The notes under the pieces were generated by a model, which ran no database searches, was not told where the DNA came from, and saw only the letters and a program-made list of their open reading frames with translations. 64,000 nt of DNA from Dehalococcoidia bacterium (GTDB taxonomy: Bacteria; Chloroflexota; Dehalococcoidia; Lucifugimonadales; UBA1127). The stretch's first letter is position 1; each line of letters opens with the position of its first letter. The position numbers and the translations under genes are program-made. The stretch is from contig OZ252225.1 of NCBI GenBank assembly GCA_965249315.1, positions 1,065,951 to 1,129,950 on the forward strand. The letters are read 5' to 3'. Below, one piece after another: positions 36,890 to 45,980 of the stretch.

Positions 36890-38041
36890 TCACTCCGCCA
36901 GGCTGAAGGCTTCGGGGGCCGGGTCGGGGAAGGCGTCCGGCCAGAGCAGTCGGGCCAAGTGCTCAGCGCCTCGGATGTTCCAGTAGGAGAGGGTGGTGTA
37001 GTACCTGCTTTCGACGACGTGGACCCGCCCGTTCATAATCGCCGGGACCTCGGCCAGAGCCTCGTTGTCGAGCAGGCTCTGGCGGAACTCCTCTGCGCCG
37101 AAGGCCACCGGCTGCGGGATGACTATCACATCAGGGGCCATGGCGATGACCCCTTCCAGGCTGGTGATCTGGTTGCTGTCGACGCCTGCGTCCGCGGCGG
37201 CGTTGATTCCGCCGGCTGCCACGATGACGCCGCCCTCGGTTGAGCCGCCGCCCGCGACCCATAGCTGGTCCGAGTAGCTGGTGACCGCAAGCACCCGAGG
37301 TGGAGGCTCCTGCTTCTGGGTCACCGACACAATGGCGTCGTACCGGTCGCTCACCTCCGCCGCGAACTCAAGGGCGCGCTCCTCCTCGCCGAAGATGTAG
37401 CCCATGAGCAGAATGCCGTTTATTCGCGCCTCCGGGTCATGCTTGAGCTCCGTCTGGATGACGGGAATGCCGGTCGTCGCCAGGACTGCGATGGCCTCCG
37501 CCGGGAAGAATGGGCTGGTGACGACAACGTCCGGCGCCTGGGCGATGATGGTCTCCGGGTCCCGGGTGACCTCCGGCTTGTCCTGCAGCAGTGGGGCGAT
37601 GTTCGAGAAGGTGGTGTCCTTGGAGACGGCGCCAACGCCCACAAGGCGCTCCACAGGCACGAGCGCAACGGTCATTTCGTCATGTCCTATGGAGGCGGTG
37701 ACGATGCGCTGCGGCTTGGACGGGATGCTCACCAAGCCGTTCAGCCCCTCCACCTGGCGGGGCCAGCCGAAGTTGGTGGGGTCCACAATGCCACGCACGT
37801 CTTCGAACGCGCTCGCCAGGGGCTCCGGGGTCGCCGTGGGAGCGGCGGTGGGGGCAATCGTGGGCGCCGCGGTGGGCGCGGGCGCTACAGTCGGAGCGAC
37901 GGCGGGCGCAGCAGTCGCTGCGGTGGGGACGGCGGTGGGCGCAGCGGCCGGCGTGTCGGGGTCCGACGAACAGGCCGCTAACGCCAGCCCAAGAAGGACT
38001 GCCAGAGCAATGGCGAGGGGACGAAGGTGTGAAATGGACAC
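36890..38041 (-). CDS. ABC transporter substrate-binding lipoprotein (cluster-A BtuF/FecB-like) with APT-rich tether
   Basis: Lipobox LALAACS, a ~55-aa Ala/Pro/Thr linker, then a periplasmic-binding-protein type-2 pattern (PQRIVTAS..., APDVVVTS, PDVIVIPQ). Confidence 0.8.
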   Translation of the reverse strand: MSISHLRPLAIALAVLLGLALAACSSDPDTPAAAPTAVPTAATAAPAVAPTVAPAPTAAPTIAPTAAPTATPEPLASAFEDVRGIVDPTNFGWPRQVEGLNGLVSIPSKPQRIVTASIGHDEMTVALVPVERLVGVGAVSKDTTFSNIAPLLQDKPEVTRDPETIIAQAPDVVVTSPFFPAEAIAVLATTGIPVIQTELKHDPEARINGILLMGYIFGEEERALEFAAEVSDRYDAIVSVTQKQEPPPRVLAVTSYSDQLWVAGGGSTEGGVIVAAGGINAAADAGVDSNQITSLEGVIAMAPDVIVIPQPVAFGAEEFRQSLLDNEALAEVPAIMNGRVHVVESRYYTTLSYWNIRGAEHLARLLWPDAFPDPAPEAFSLAE

Positions 38042-38066
38042 GCTGACTCCTTTCAGTGCTGCGGTC

Positions 38067-39146
38067 TCACAGTGAGTAGGCCTGACGTTTGTTCCTTATG
38101 AGCAGAAGGATGAAGAAAGGACCACCGACGAGGGCGGTGAGGATGCCGACCCGAAACTCGGCGGGCTGGATGATGGTCCTCGCGACGGTGTCGGCGGCGA
38201 TGACGAGGACCGCGCCCCCCAAGGCGCTCATTGGGATGAGCACCCGATGGTCAGGCCCAAGCATCAGCCGAAGGACGTGGGGCATGACCAGACCCACGAA
38301 AGCGATGATGCCGCTCACTGCCACCGAGGCGCCGGTGGCCAGCGCCGCGGCCGCCAGCAGGATGATGCGCGCCAGACCCACCCGGACACCCATGGACCGC
38401 GCCTCGTCATCGCCGAGCATCATGAGGTTCAGGTCGCGGGCCATCAGCATCATCACGGCCGCGCCGCCGGCAATGAGGGGCGTGGCTATCTGGACGTGCT
38501 CCCAGGATCGGGAGTCCAGCCCTCCCGCCAGCCAGAACAGGACTCCTCGGAGCGCCGCGTTGTCGGGCAGGGTGATGATGATTGCGGAGATGACCGCGCC
38601 GAGGAAGGCGTTGACGGCAACGCCCGCAAGGAGGAGCGTGGCCATGGAGAAGCGGCCGCCCACGGCGGCGATGCCGTAGACCAGCAGGGAGGAAGCCAGC
38701 GCACCCGCAAAGGCAAAGGTCGGCAAGGCGAGGAAGAAGAGGCCGGTCAGCCCCATGGCGATTGCCACGACCGCGCCCAGCGCGCCGCCGGCCGAGACGC
38801 CAATGATCCCGGGATCGGCCATGGGGTTGCGGAACAGGCCCTGTAGGGTGGCTCCGGCGACGCCCAGAGCAGCGCCCACGGACGCTCCCACGATGATCCT
38901 GGGCAGCCTGATCTGCTCGATGACCAGCTGCTCGGTGCGCCCAAAACTACCGACGTCGAACCCGAAGAAGGCCAGGACGATGGAAGCGACGCGGCCAACC
39001 GGGATGTTGACGGGGCCGACGCTGAGGGAGGTCAGGGCCACGGCCAGGATGAGGAGAGTAAGGACGGAGGCGCCCACCGCGAGGCGAGCGGTCACGCCCG
39101 ATTGGCGATAGCTCCCAAGGGAGCGCAGCCCCACGACACCCAACAA
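38067..39146 (-). CDS. FecCD-family ABC transporter permease (BtuC-like)
   Basis: 359-aa polytopic protein with typical FecCD motifs: LPRIIVGASVGAALGVAGATLQGLFRNPMADPGIIGVS, then LGDDEARSMGV. The TTG start is 6 nt after GGAGG. Confidence 0.88.
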   Translation of the reverse strand: MLGVVGLRSLGSYRQSGVTARLAVGASVLTLLILAVALTSLSVGPVNIPVGRVASIVLAFFGFDVGSFGRTEQLVIEQIRLPRIIVGASVGAALGVAGATLQGLFRNPMADPGIIGVSAGGALGAVVAIAMGLTGLFFLALPTFAFAGALASSLLVYGIAAVGGRFSMATLLLAGVAVNAFLGAVISAIIITLPDNAALRGVLFWLAGGLDSRSWEHVQIATPLIAGGAAVMMLMARDLNLMMLGDDEARSMGVRVGLARIILLAAAALATGASVAVSGIIAFVGLVMPHVLRLMLGPDHRVLIPMSALGGAVLVIAADTVARTIIQPAEFRVGILTALVGGPFFILLLIRNKRQAYSL

Positions 39147-39178
39147 AAAAGACCTCCGACGGCTCTCCGCGGGAGGTC
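39145..39178 (-). terminator. Intrinsic terminator / SD-sequestering hairpin of the riboswitch expression platform
   Basis: The minus strand reads GACCTCC-CGCGGAGAGCCGTC-GGAGGTC-TTTTTT. The 3' arm GGAGG is also the SD of the permease gene, and the T-run runs into its TTG start. Confidence 0.7.
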
Positions 39179-39428
39179 ATTCCTTGGCTCTGCCCGGGAC
39201 TGCTACCCGAGAACCGAGGGACCCTCTCTGGTGCGGAGAGTAGTCACCCTCCGTTCAGGCAGGTCTCCTGGCTCGCGGGTGGATTTCCCCTGCCGGGCCC
39301 TTCCCATCAGCTCGCTGACAGTGGGCTCCGGCTCCAAAACCCCGCTCACAGTGGCGCTACCGCGGCGGAATCTCACCGCCTTCCCTATTCTCCCTGGGTG
39401 GGCACCTGAACGGACAGCTCTATATTTG
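39179..39428 (-). promoter_or_regulatory. Cobalamin (B12) riboswitch
   Basis: The minus strand reads GAATAGGGAAGGCGGTGAGATTCCGCCGCGGTAGCGCCACTGTGAGCGGGG...GGGAAGGGCCCGGCAGGGGAAATCCACCCGCGAGCCAGGAGACCTGCC. The last part, GCCAGGAGACCTGCC (39273-39258), is the B12 box. It sits upstream of a B12 uptake/salvage operon. Confidence 0.88.
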
Positions 39429-39434
39429 CGGCGG

Positions 39435-39463
39435 AGACTACCATGCCGTCGGCAGGCTGTCAA
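39435..39463 (-). promoter_or_regulatory. Sigma-70-like promoter of the riboswitch-controlled operon
   Basis: On the minus strand: TTGACA (39463-39458), a 17-nt spacer, then TAGTCT (39440-39435). Confidence 0.45.
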
Positions 39464-39500
39464 CGACGCAGCGACGGACGGCGGCTACGCCCGCGCAACG

Positions 39501-39528
39501 GTTGCGCGCTAACAGGGCGTGGCTATAC
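39501..39528 (+). promoter_or_regulatory. Sigma-70-like promoter upstream of the MMPL gene
   Basis: TTGCGC (39501-39506), a 16-nt spacer, then TATACT (39523-39528), about 60 nt upstream of the start at 39591. Confidence 0.4.
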
Positions 39529-39590
39529 TAGGTGCGATGGCGCAGCCTATATTCAGCGGCGGGCATCCGTGAACGCCGGTAGGAGTTGCC

Positions 39591-41801
39591 TTGACTGAGT
39601 GGTTGGCCCGGTTCAGCACGCGAAAGCCTTGGGCAACCATCGGGATATGGCTCGTACTGGTCCTGGTTGCTCTCGTCATCACCGGCCAGCTGCTTCCCAC
39701 TGCCACCACCACAGAGCTGCGCTTGATTGCAAGGTTTGGCGAGATCGAGTCGGTTACAGCCAACGAACTGCTGGAAGGCAGCCCCATCAAGCCTCCGCCC
39801 GCTGAGATCGTCATCGTCCAGTCAGAAACGCTGACGGTGGACGACACTGCGTTTCGGGCGAAAGTCGAAGAGGTCACGAGTGAACTCCGCGCACTAGGCC
39901 CGAACATTGTGAAGGGCGGAGTGAACTACTACGACGTGTATGACAGCGCTCCGTTGGATTCTCTCGCACTGGTTTCGACAGATCGTAGAAGCGCCATAGT
40001 GGCCCTCCAGCTTACCGGCTCGATCGGGGAGGCGCTCGAGAACGTGGAGGAAGTCATCCACGTCGTTCAGGAGGCGGACGACCGGGACGGTTTCCGCGTG
40101 CTGATCGTGGGCGATGCGAGCAGCCGGTACGAGCAGGCGGAACTGTCGGCGATGGACCTGGAGCAGGGTGAGCGAATCGGCATTCCCGTCGCGCTCCTCA
40201 TCCTGTTGGTGCTCTTCGGCGCGGTGGTGGCTGCATTGATACCGATAGGCCTGGCCATCGTTTCGATCCTGATCACGCTGGCGATCGTGGCAGTCATAGG
40301 CAACATCTTCGGAGAGCTGGTCTTCTTCGTGTTGCTGTGGATAACGATGATCGGTCTTGCGGTGGGAATAGACTACTGCCTCTTCGTGGTGTCCCGCTTC
40401 CGCGAGGAGCTGGCGCGGGGGTTGAGCACGCAGGAGGCAGTCATCAAAGCAGGGGCGACAGCCAGCCGTACGGTGTTCTTCAGCGGCATGACAGTGGTTA
40501 TTGCGCTCTTCGGCGTGTTCATCGTTCCGAACACGTTGTTCTTCGCAACGGCCCTCGGTGCAATCGCGGTGGTCCTTGTTTCGGTTACAGCGACGCTCAC
40601 GCTGCTGCCTGCCGTACTGATGGTGCTTGGGCCGCGTGTAGACCGCTTCCGGCTTCCATTCCTTCGAAGAGCAACAGCCGGAGCTTCCGCGAGGCAGAGC
40701 GAAGGTTACTGGGAGCTCATCACGCGGAAGACGATGCGGTACCCTGTGCTCAGCATCCTCGTGGTTGGCGGGCTGATGGTGTGGGCTTCGGTGTACTACT
40801 TCGACATCAACACCGGCTTCAACAGCGTCGAGACGTTCCCGGAGGACTCGCATACCCGTGAGGCTTTCGCCGCACTGGAAGAGAATTTCCTCCTCGGGTA
40901 CGGTTCTGCCAACCCTGCCAGGGTTGTTATCGATGGAGACATCAGCGATCCGGCGGGGGCTAGAGCCCTCCAGGAGTTCAATCAGTCCATAGCCAACGAC
41001 CCGGCGCTGGTTGCCCTTCCGCCGGTTACTCATGGCAACCTAACTGTCGTCTCTGTGCCAATACCCGGCGCCCCGAGCGGCGAGGACGCCTTCAACCTGA
41101 TAAGCCGGCTACGAAACGACTACGTTCCCGCAGCGTTCTCCAGCGTTCCGGTAGAAGTGTACGTGGGTGGCATCTCGGCTGACTACATGGACTTCAACGA
41201 GGGGCTCACGACCTATCTCCCCATCATCTTCGCGTTCATTCTTGGCGTCAGTTTTGTCCTGCTGCTGATCGTCTTCCGCTCCATCATCATCCCCATCAAG
41301 GCGATCATCATGAACCTGCTGTCGGTCGGCGCCGCCTACGGGCTGATGGTGCTCGTCTTCCAGAAGGGGATCGGCGCGGACATCTTCGGGTTCCAGCAGG
41401 TCGAGACGATAGAGGCGTGGCTGCCCCTGGTGCTCTTTGCCATTCTCTTCGGGCTGTCGATGGACTACCACGTCTTCATGCTCAGCCGCATCCGTGAGCG
41501 TTACGACCAGACGCACGACAATGCGGAGTCCGTGGCATACGGTCTCCGCTCCACCTCCAGCCTTATCACCGGCGCCGCTCTCATCATGGTGGCGGTGTTC
41601 AGCGGGTTCGCCTCAGGCGATATGGTTATAAACCAACAGGCGGGGTTCGGGCTTGCTGTGGCCGTGTTGCTGGACGCAACCCTGGTACGCAGCATCCTTG
41701 TCCCTGCCAGCATGCAGCTGCTCGGCGCGCGGAACTGGTACCTGCCGTCGTGGCTGAACTGGCTTCCGGACCTGCGAGTAGAGCCGCAAGAGCAAACCTG
41801 A
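39591..41801 (+). CDS. MMPL-family (RND superfamily) membrane transporter
   Basis: 736 aa with two 6-TM bundles, each following a soluble loop. The pattern is MMPL-like (GIDYCLFVVSRFREE; GLSMDYHVFMLSRIRE). GC is visibly lower (about 52-56% in sampled lines) than in neighbouring genes. Confidence 0.85.
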   Translation: MTEWLARFSTRKPWATIGIWLVLVLVALVITGQLLPTATTTELRLIARFGEIESVTANELLEGSPIKPPPAEIVIVQSETLTVDDTAFRAKVEEVTSELRALGPNIVKGGVNYYDVYDSAPLDSLALVSTDRRSAIVALQLTGSIGEALENVEEVIHVVQEADDRDGFRVLIVGDASSRYEQAELSAMDLEQGERIGIPVALLILLVLFGAVVAALIPIGLAIVSILITLAIVAVIGNIFGELVFFVLLWITMIGLAVGIDYCLFVVSRFREELARGLSTQEAVIKAGATASRTVFFSGMTVVIALFGVFIVPNTLFFATALGAIAVVLVSVTATLTLLPAVLMVLGPRVDRFRLPFLRRATAGASARQSEGYWELITRKTMRYPVLSILVVGGLMVWASVYYFDINTGFNSVETFPEDSHTREAFAALEENFLLGYGSANPARVVIDGDISDPAGARALQEFNQSIANDPALVALPPVTHGNLTVVSVPIPGAPSGEDAFNLISRLRNDYVPAAFSSVPVEVYVGGISADYMDFNEGLTTYLPIIFAFILGVSFVLLLIVFRSIIIPIKAIIMNLLSVGAAYGLMVLVFQKGIGADIFGFQQVETIEAWLPLVLFAILFGLSMDYHVFMLSRIRERYDQTHDNAESVAYGLRSTSSLITGAALIMVAVFSGFASGDMVINQQAGFGLAVAVLLDATLVRSILVPASMQLLGARNWYLPSWLNWLPDLRVEPQEQT

Positions 41802-41820
41802 CGCAAGGGGGCGGAGGGCA

Positions 41821-42880
41821 ATGAGCGTAAGTGCACTGAGCATACCCACCGACTACACACTGGGCTATGAAAAGGCCCGCGCGGTCGCGCCCGACATCGC
41901 GGCCAACTACATTGCGCACACACACATTGGAGACTCGCTGGGCGAAGCGATGATGGAAGACCTCACGGAGTTTAGTCCCCAAGAGTCAGGGCGACTCATC
42001 CAAGCAGCAATGAATCAGGAGGGTGAGGAGGCGCTGAAGAACGCGCCAGCCTCGCTGCGAGAATTCTTCAGGGACGCGGAAACTCCGCCGGAATGGCTCG
42101 ACTATACAGCATTTGCTCCAGGCGTCCGCATGTTTCACAGAAACTCGCAGGTCGTCTTGGCAGCATTCGTCGCGGGCGTCCTGATAGAAGGATTCACAAC
42201 GAACATAGCAAAGTCCTTCTTCATCACCGGGCGAGTGCGTGACCAGGGTATCAGGCGTTTGGGACTGGGACACTGCGGCCTGGGGTGAGCCGATCAGCGC
42301 GGCGCACTTGGGTTACGCCATTTCCGCTTTCTCGGCAAGGCTGCTGAAGCACACGAAAACTCTGGGCGCCCAGTACAATGACGAGGAGTACACGAGCTTC
42401 ATGGCAGTTTGGCGCTACTCCGGTCACTTGATGGGCATTCCTGAGACCATCCTGTTCCGCGATGCCGATGAAGCCCTGAAACTGTATGATATCGGCCTCA
42501 TGTGCGAGCCCGATGCTCCGCTGGAATCGGTGGTGATGGCGCACTCCCTGGTCAACTCGGCCCCGTTGATTGCCGGGATGGTCGATCCGAGCGACCGTCG
42601 AAGCTTAGCGAGGTATGTATACCGTGTTTCCCGAGGGCTCATCGGAAGAGAAGCTGCCGAGTCACTGATGTATCCACCGCTTTCCCAATTTGGAGCTGTC
42701 TGGTGGTTCAGGATGCAACATCGTTATGGCAATGTCCTGGGCAAGCTGTTGCCGGGGAGTCGCGAGGACAGCAACTTTGCCAGATTCACGGGCCTGCTCG
42801 ACGCCTCGCTGTTCGACGAAGAGGGAATCCGCTACACGTTGCCAGACCACGTCTACGCAGAAGAGTCCGCCAAGTGGTAG
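41821..42880 (+). pseudogene. DUF2236 (MpaB-type oxygenase-like) gene broken by a frameshift or internal deletion
   Basis: Two overlapping ORFs in different frames (41821-42288 and 42239-42880) together resemble one DUF2236 protein. The break is at ...ITGRVRDQGIRRL | WDWDTAAWGEPISAAHLGY. The segment that normally lies between these motifs appears to be missing. Confidence 0.55.
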
Positions 42881-42927
42881 GACCAGTGAACGGAAGCGGC
42901 CCAGCTGGGGCAGTCCCCCTCGTCTGA

Positions 42928-43150
42928 TTAGGTGCGGCAGCGAGCACTCCAACATTCGGGCCATTCGCATCGGGGCAGACGATCATCAGCCAGCAGGTGG
43001 GGTTCGGCCTGTCCGTGGCCATCCTGCTGGACGCCACGCTGGTGCGATCGGTGCTGGTGCCGGCCAGCATGGAGTTCCTGGGCAAACGGAACTGGTACCT
43101 GCCATCCTGGCTGCGCTGGCTGCCGGACCTGCGGGTGGAAGCGGAGGAAG
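42928..43150 (+). pseudogene. 3'-terminal remnant of a second (older, high-GC) MMPL gene
   Basis: It encodes ...FASGQTIISQQVGFGLSVAILLDATLVRSVLVPASMEFLGKRNWYLPSWLRWLPDLRVE. The intact gene's C-terminus reads FASGDMVINQQAGFGLAVAVLLDATLVRSILVPASMQLLGARNWYLPSWLNWLPDLRVE. There is no upstream body, and a stop lies at 42925-42927. Confidence 0.8.
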
Positions 43151-43218
43151 ACGAGCCCCACGCCGCCGCCGCTTCATCCCAACTCCCTCCCGTCGAGGGA
43201 AGAAGGACCGGATCGGTC

Positions 43219-44373
43219 CTAGCCGATGAGCCTGGGCCCGTAGAGCTTCACGGCGTTGTCCCAGAGGACCTTCTTCTTGGCCTCCTCCGAGATGGGGTGC
43301 GCATCGAAGTCCGGCAGCGCCGTCTCGGGGTTCGGGGCGTCCGGGTGGGGGTAGTCCGTGTTCCACACGATGTGCTCCCCGCCATTCGTCGCATGCACCG
43401 CGTACTGCAACGCCCGCTCGTCTCCGTCGCAGGCCACGTAGATCTGGCGGTAGTAGTACTCCGTCGGCGTCATGGACAGTGGGTCGGCGTTGAAGAACAT
43501 GCTGTTGCGCCCGTGGGCGTGGTCGTCCATGCGGCCGAGCCAGAAGGGCAGCCACCCGGCGTTGGACTCGAGGACGGCTAGGCGGAGCGTTGGGAAGCGC
43601 TCCAGGATGCCGGCGAAGATGAAGTGGCCCATGGTGGTCATGTTGTCCAGCGGGAAGCCCAGGGCGTGGTCCAGCCCCGCCAGAGCTCCCGGTATGCCGT
43701 GGTCGTGCCCCAGGCCCTGGAAGGGCTGATTGCGACGGTGGCGGTACTCACCGTGGGCGGAGATGGGAAAGTCCAGGTCCACCGCCAGCTGCCACAGCGC
43801 ATCGTACTCCGGGTCGTGAATCCACTTGCCTTCCGGCAGCAGCGGGTTCCGGACCGAGACCGCCCCAAGCTCTTCCACCGATCGGCGCGCCTCCGTCACG
43901 ATGTCCTCGATGTTGGCGCCCGGCAGGACCGCGGTGAACTTGAGCCGCTTGGGGTCTTCCGAGCAGTAGTCCCGACACCAGTTGTGATACGCCCGGGACA
44001 TGGCGGCGCCAATGCCCGCGTCCTTCAACGCCGCTCGCATGACGAAGTTGCCGTTGTTGCCCGTGGGCAGGCACACCTGGATGTCCCAGCCGAACTTGTC
44101 CATGTCCTGCAGGCGGATATTGGGCCCCCACCACTGGCGAAAGGCCTCACCGTACTTCTCCTCCAAGCCCGCCCAGATGTGCGGTGACGGAGGTTCTGAA
44201 AGCTTGCCCTTGGGCAGCACCACGCCATCCGGCTCATAGACCATGTTGATGCCGTCCATGAAGGCGACCTTGGGGACCCTGTCCTGGTACGCGGGCTCGA
44301 CGTAGCGCTCCCAGAGGTACTCCGGCTCGTGCATGTGTGCGTCAGCGTCAATGACCTTCATGCCCTTCCACAT
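43219..44373 (-). CDS. Amidohydrolase-2 family metal-dependent hydrolase/decarboxylase (ACMSD-like TIM barrel)
   Basis: 384 aa from ATG 44373, preceded by GGAGGAGGAG. The N-terminus carries VIDADAHMHEP (the HxH metal motif), and there is a C-terminal WNTDYPHPD motif. Confidence 0.8.
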   Translation of the reverse strand: MWKGMKVIDADAHMHEPEYLWERYVEPAYQDRVPKVAFMDGINMVYEPDGVVLPKGKLSEPPSPHIWAGLEEKYGEAFRQWWGPNIRLQDMDKFGWDIQVCLPTGNNGNFVMRAALKDAGIGAAMSRAYHNWCRDYCSEDPKRLKFTAVLPGANIEDIVTEARRSVEELGAVSVRNPLLPEGKWIHDPEYDALWQLAVDLDFPISAHGEYRHRRNQPFQGLGHDHGIPGALAGLDHALGFPLDNMTTMGHFIFAGILERFPTLRLAVLESNAGWLPFWLGRMDDHAHGRNSMFFNADPLSMTPTEYYYRQIYVACDGDERALQYAVHATNGGEHIVWNTDYPHPDAPNPETALPDFDAHPISEEAKKKVLWDNAVKLYGPRLIG

Positions 44374-44594
44374 GGCTCCTCCTCCTGCGACGAAGACATA
44401 CCCTGATCCTGCTTCCTGCCTGTGCCTGTAATACCCCGCCACGAGGGCGTTGTCAAGGGCAGGTAGCGATGCGCTCCGCGAGCACCGCGCGGCGCAAGGA
44501 GGCTTGTCGTGCGAGGATGATCTGAGACGCCCCGCGCCAACTAGACGTTGCAACGCGAGGGCGGCATAATGGGCGCCAAATCCCAACGAGGTTG

Positions 44595-45980
44595 ATGCCT
44601 GTGTTTATGAGTCGCAGACGCACCACCGTTGTGGCAGTCGCAGCGTTTCTAACAGCCGGGTTCCTCCTTGCTCGGCCGTCCATCGCCTACGCTCAGGGGG
44701 TCGGCGAGGAGACGCAGTTCGTCCTCAACACCTTTGCGTTTCTCGTCTGGGGCGTCCTGATCATGTGGATGTGCGCCGGGTTTACGATGCTGGAGTCCGG
44801 CTCGGTCCGCACCAAGAACGCCTCCATGATCTGCCTGAAGAACATCGGGCTCTACTCCATTGCCGGGCTCGCCTACTTCTTCTTCGGCTACACCATCATG
44901 TACGGCGACAGCCTTGGGGGCGTCATCGGCAAGCCGGGGTTCATGCACGGGTCTTCGACCGATGAGCTGGCCCTGGTGGAGGGCGTGACGAGCGCGGCGG
45001 CCGGCGTGGTGGAGCTGGGACGCTCCACGATGTCCGACTGGTTCTTCCAGATGGTCTTCGTCGCGACGACCGCCTCCATCGTGTCCGGCGCCATCGCCGA
45101 GCGCGTCAAGCTCTGGGTGTTCTTTTTGTTCACGTTGGCGCTGACGGCGATTATCTACCCCGTGGTAGGCGCGTGGACATGGGCCGACGGCGGCTGGCTG
45201 AAGGAGCTGGGGTTCCAGGACTTTGCCGGCTCCACCATTGTCCACAGCACCGGAGGCTGGGCAGCGCTGGCGGGCCTGGTGGTGGTTGGGCCCAGGCTGG
45301 GCAAGTACCGGCGCGACGGCAGCGTGCGGCCAACGCCTCCATCCAACGTGCTGGTGGTGACGCTAGGCGTGTTCATCCTGTGGATGGGCTGGTTCGGCTT
45401 CAACGGCGGCTCGCAGCTGGCCCTTGGGAGCGCCTTCGACGCCGTGGCCATGAGCCACGTGCTGGTGAACACCAACCTGGCAGCGGCGGCAGGCGTCATG
45501 ACCGCCCTGGCCGTCTCCCGGCCCATCCTTGGACGCATGGACCTCTTCGCCGGTCTGAATGGCGCCATAGCCGGACTGGTCGCCATCACCGCTGGCCCCG
45601 ACATCGTCGATCACTACTGGGCGGTCATCATCGGCGCCATCGGCGGTCTTGTCTGCACGGCCGGGCTCAGGCTCCTAGAACGGGTCAAGGTGGACGACGT
45701 CGTCGGCGCCGTTCCCGCTCACCTCTTCGCCGGCATCTGGGGGACGCTGGCAGTCTGCATCGCCGCGGGCGGTCAGTTCCACATCCAGCTGCTGGGCGTA
45801 GTGTCCGTTGGGGCCTTCGTGTTCGGGACAGCTTGGCTGCTCTGGTGGGGCCTGGACAGGATGCTGGGCACGCGGGTGCCGCCGGACGTGGAGCGCCTGG
45901 GTCAGGACGTCACGGAGCTGAAACTCGAGGCGTACCCCGAGTTCGTGCTGATGCCGGAAGAGTTCGACGACGAGGACTAG
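44595..45980 (+). CDS. amt: Ammonium transporter (Amt family)
   Basis: About 461 aa with a signal-like N-terminus. Motifs: GFTMLESGSVRTKN, DFAGSTIVHSTGGWAAL, FGFNGGS, VPAHLFAGIWGTL. The start could be TTG 44592, ATG 44595 or ATG 44607. Confidence 0.9.
   Translation: MPVFMSRRRTTVVAVAAFLTAGFLLARPSIAYAQGVGEETQFVLNTFAFLVWGVLIMWMCAGFTMLESGSVRTKNASMICLKNIGLYSIAGLAYFFFGYTIMYGDSLGGVIGKPGFMHGSSTDELALVEGVTSAAAGVVELGRSTMSDWFFQMVFVATTASIVSGAIAERVKLWVFFLFTLALTAIIYPVVGAWTWADGGWLKELGFQDFAGSTIVHSTGGWAALAGLVVVGPRLGKYRRDGSVRPTPPSNVLVVTLGVFILWMGWFGFNGGSQLALGSAFDAVAMSHVLVNTNLAAAAGVMTALAVSRPILGRMDLFAGLNGAIAGLVAITAGPDIVDHYWAVIIGAIGGLVCTAGLRLLERVKVDDVVGAVPAHLFAGIWGTLAVCIAAGGQFHIQLLGVVSVGAFVFGTAWLLWWGLDRMLGTRVPPDVERLGQDVTELKLEAYPEFVLMPEEFDDED

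Noticed and set aside
40336-40344. Perfect DnaA-box nonamer TGTGGATAA (complement of TTATCCACA).
   Set aside because: It is a single isolated copy inside the MMPL coding region, with no cluster, AT-rich unwinding element or dnaA/dnaN nearby. It is most likely a chance occurrence.
42997-43581. 194-aa ORF beginning MGFGLSVAILLDATL.
   Set aside because: Only the first ~50 codons have meaning, as the MMPL C-terminal remnant. The rest is antisense read-through across the amidohydrolase gene.
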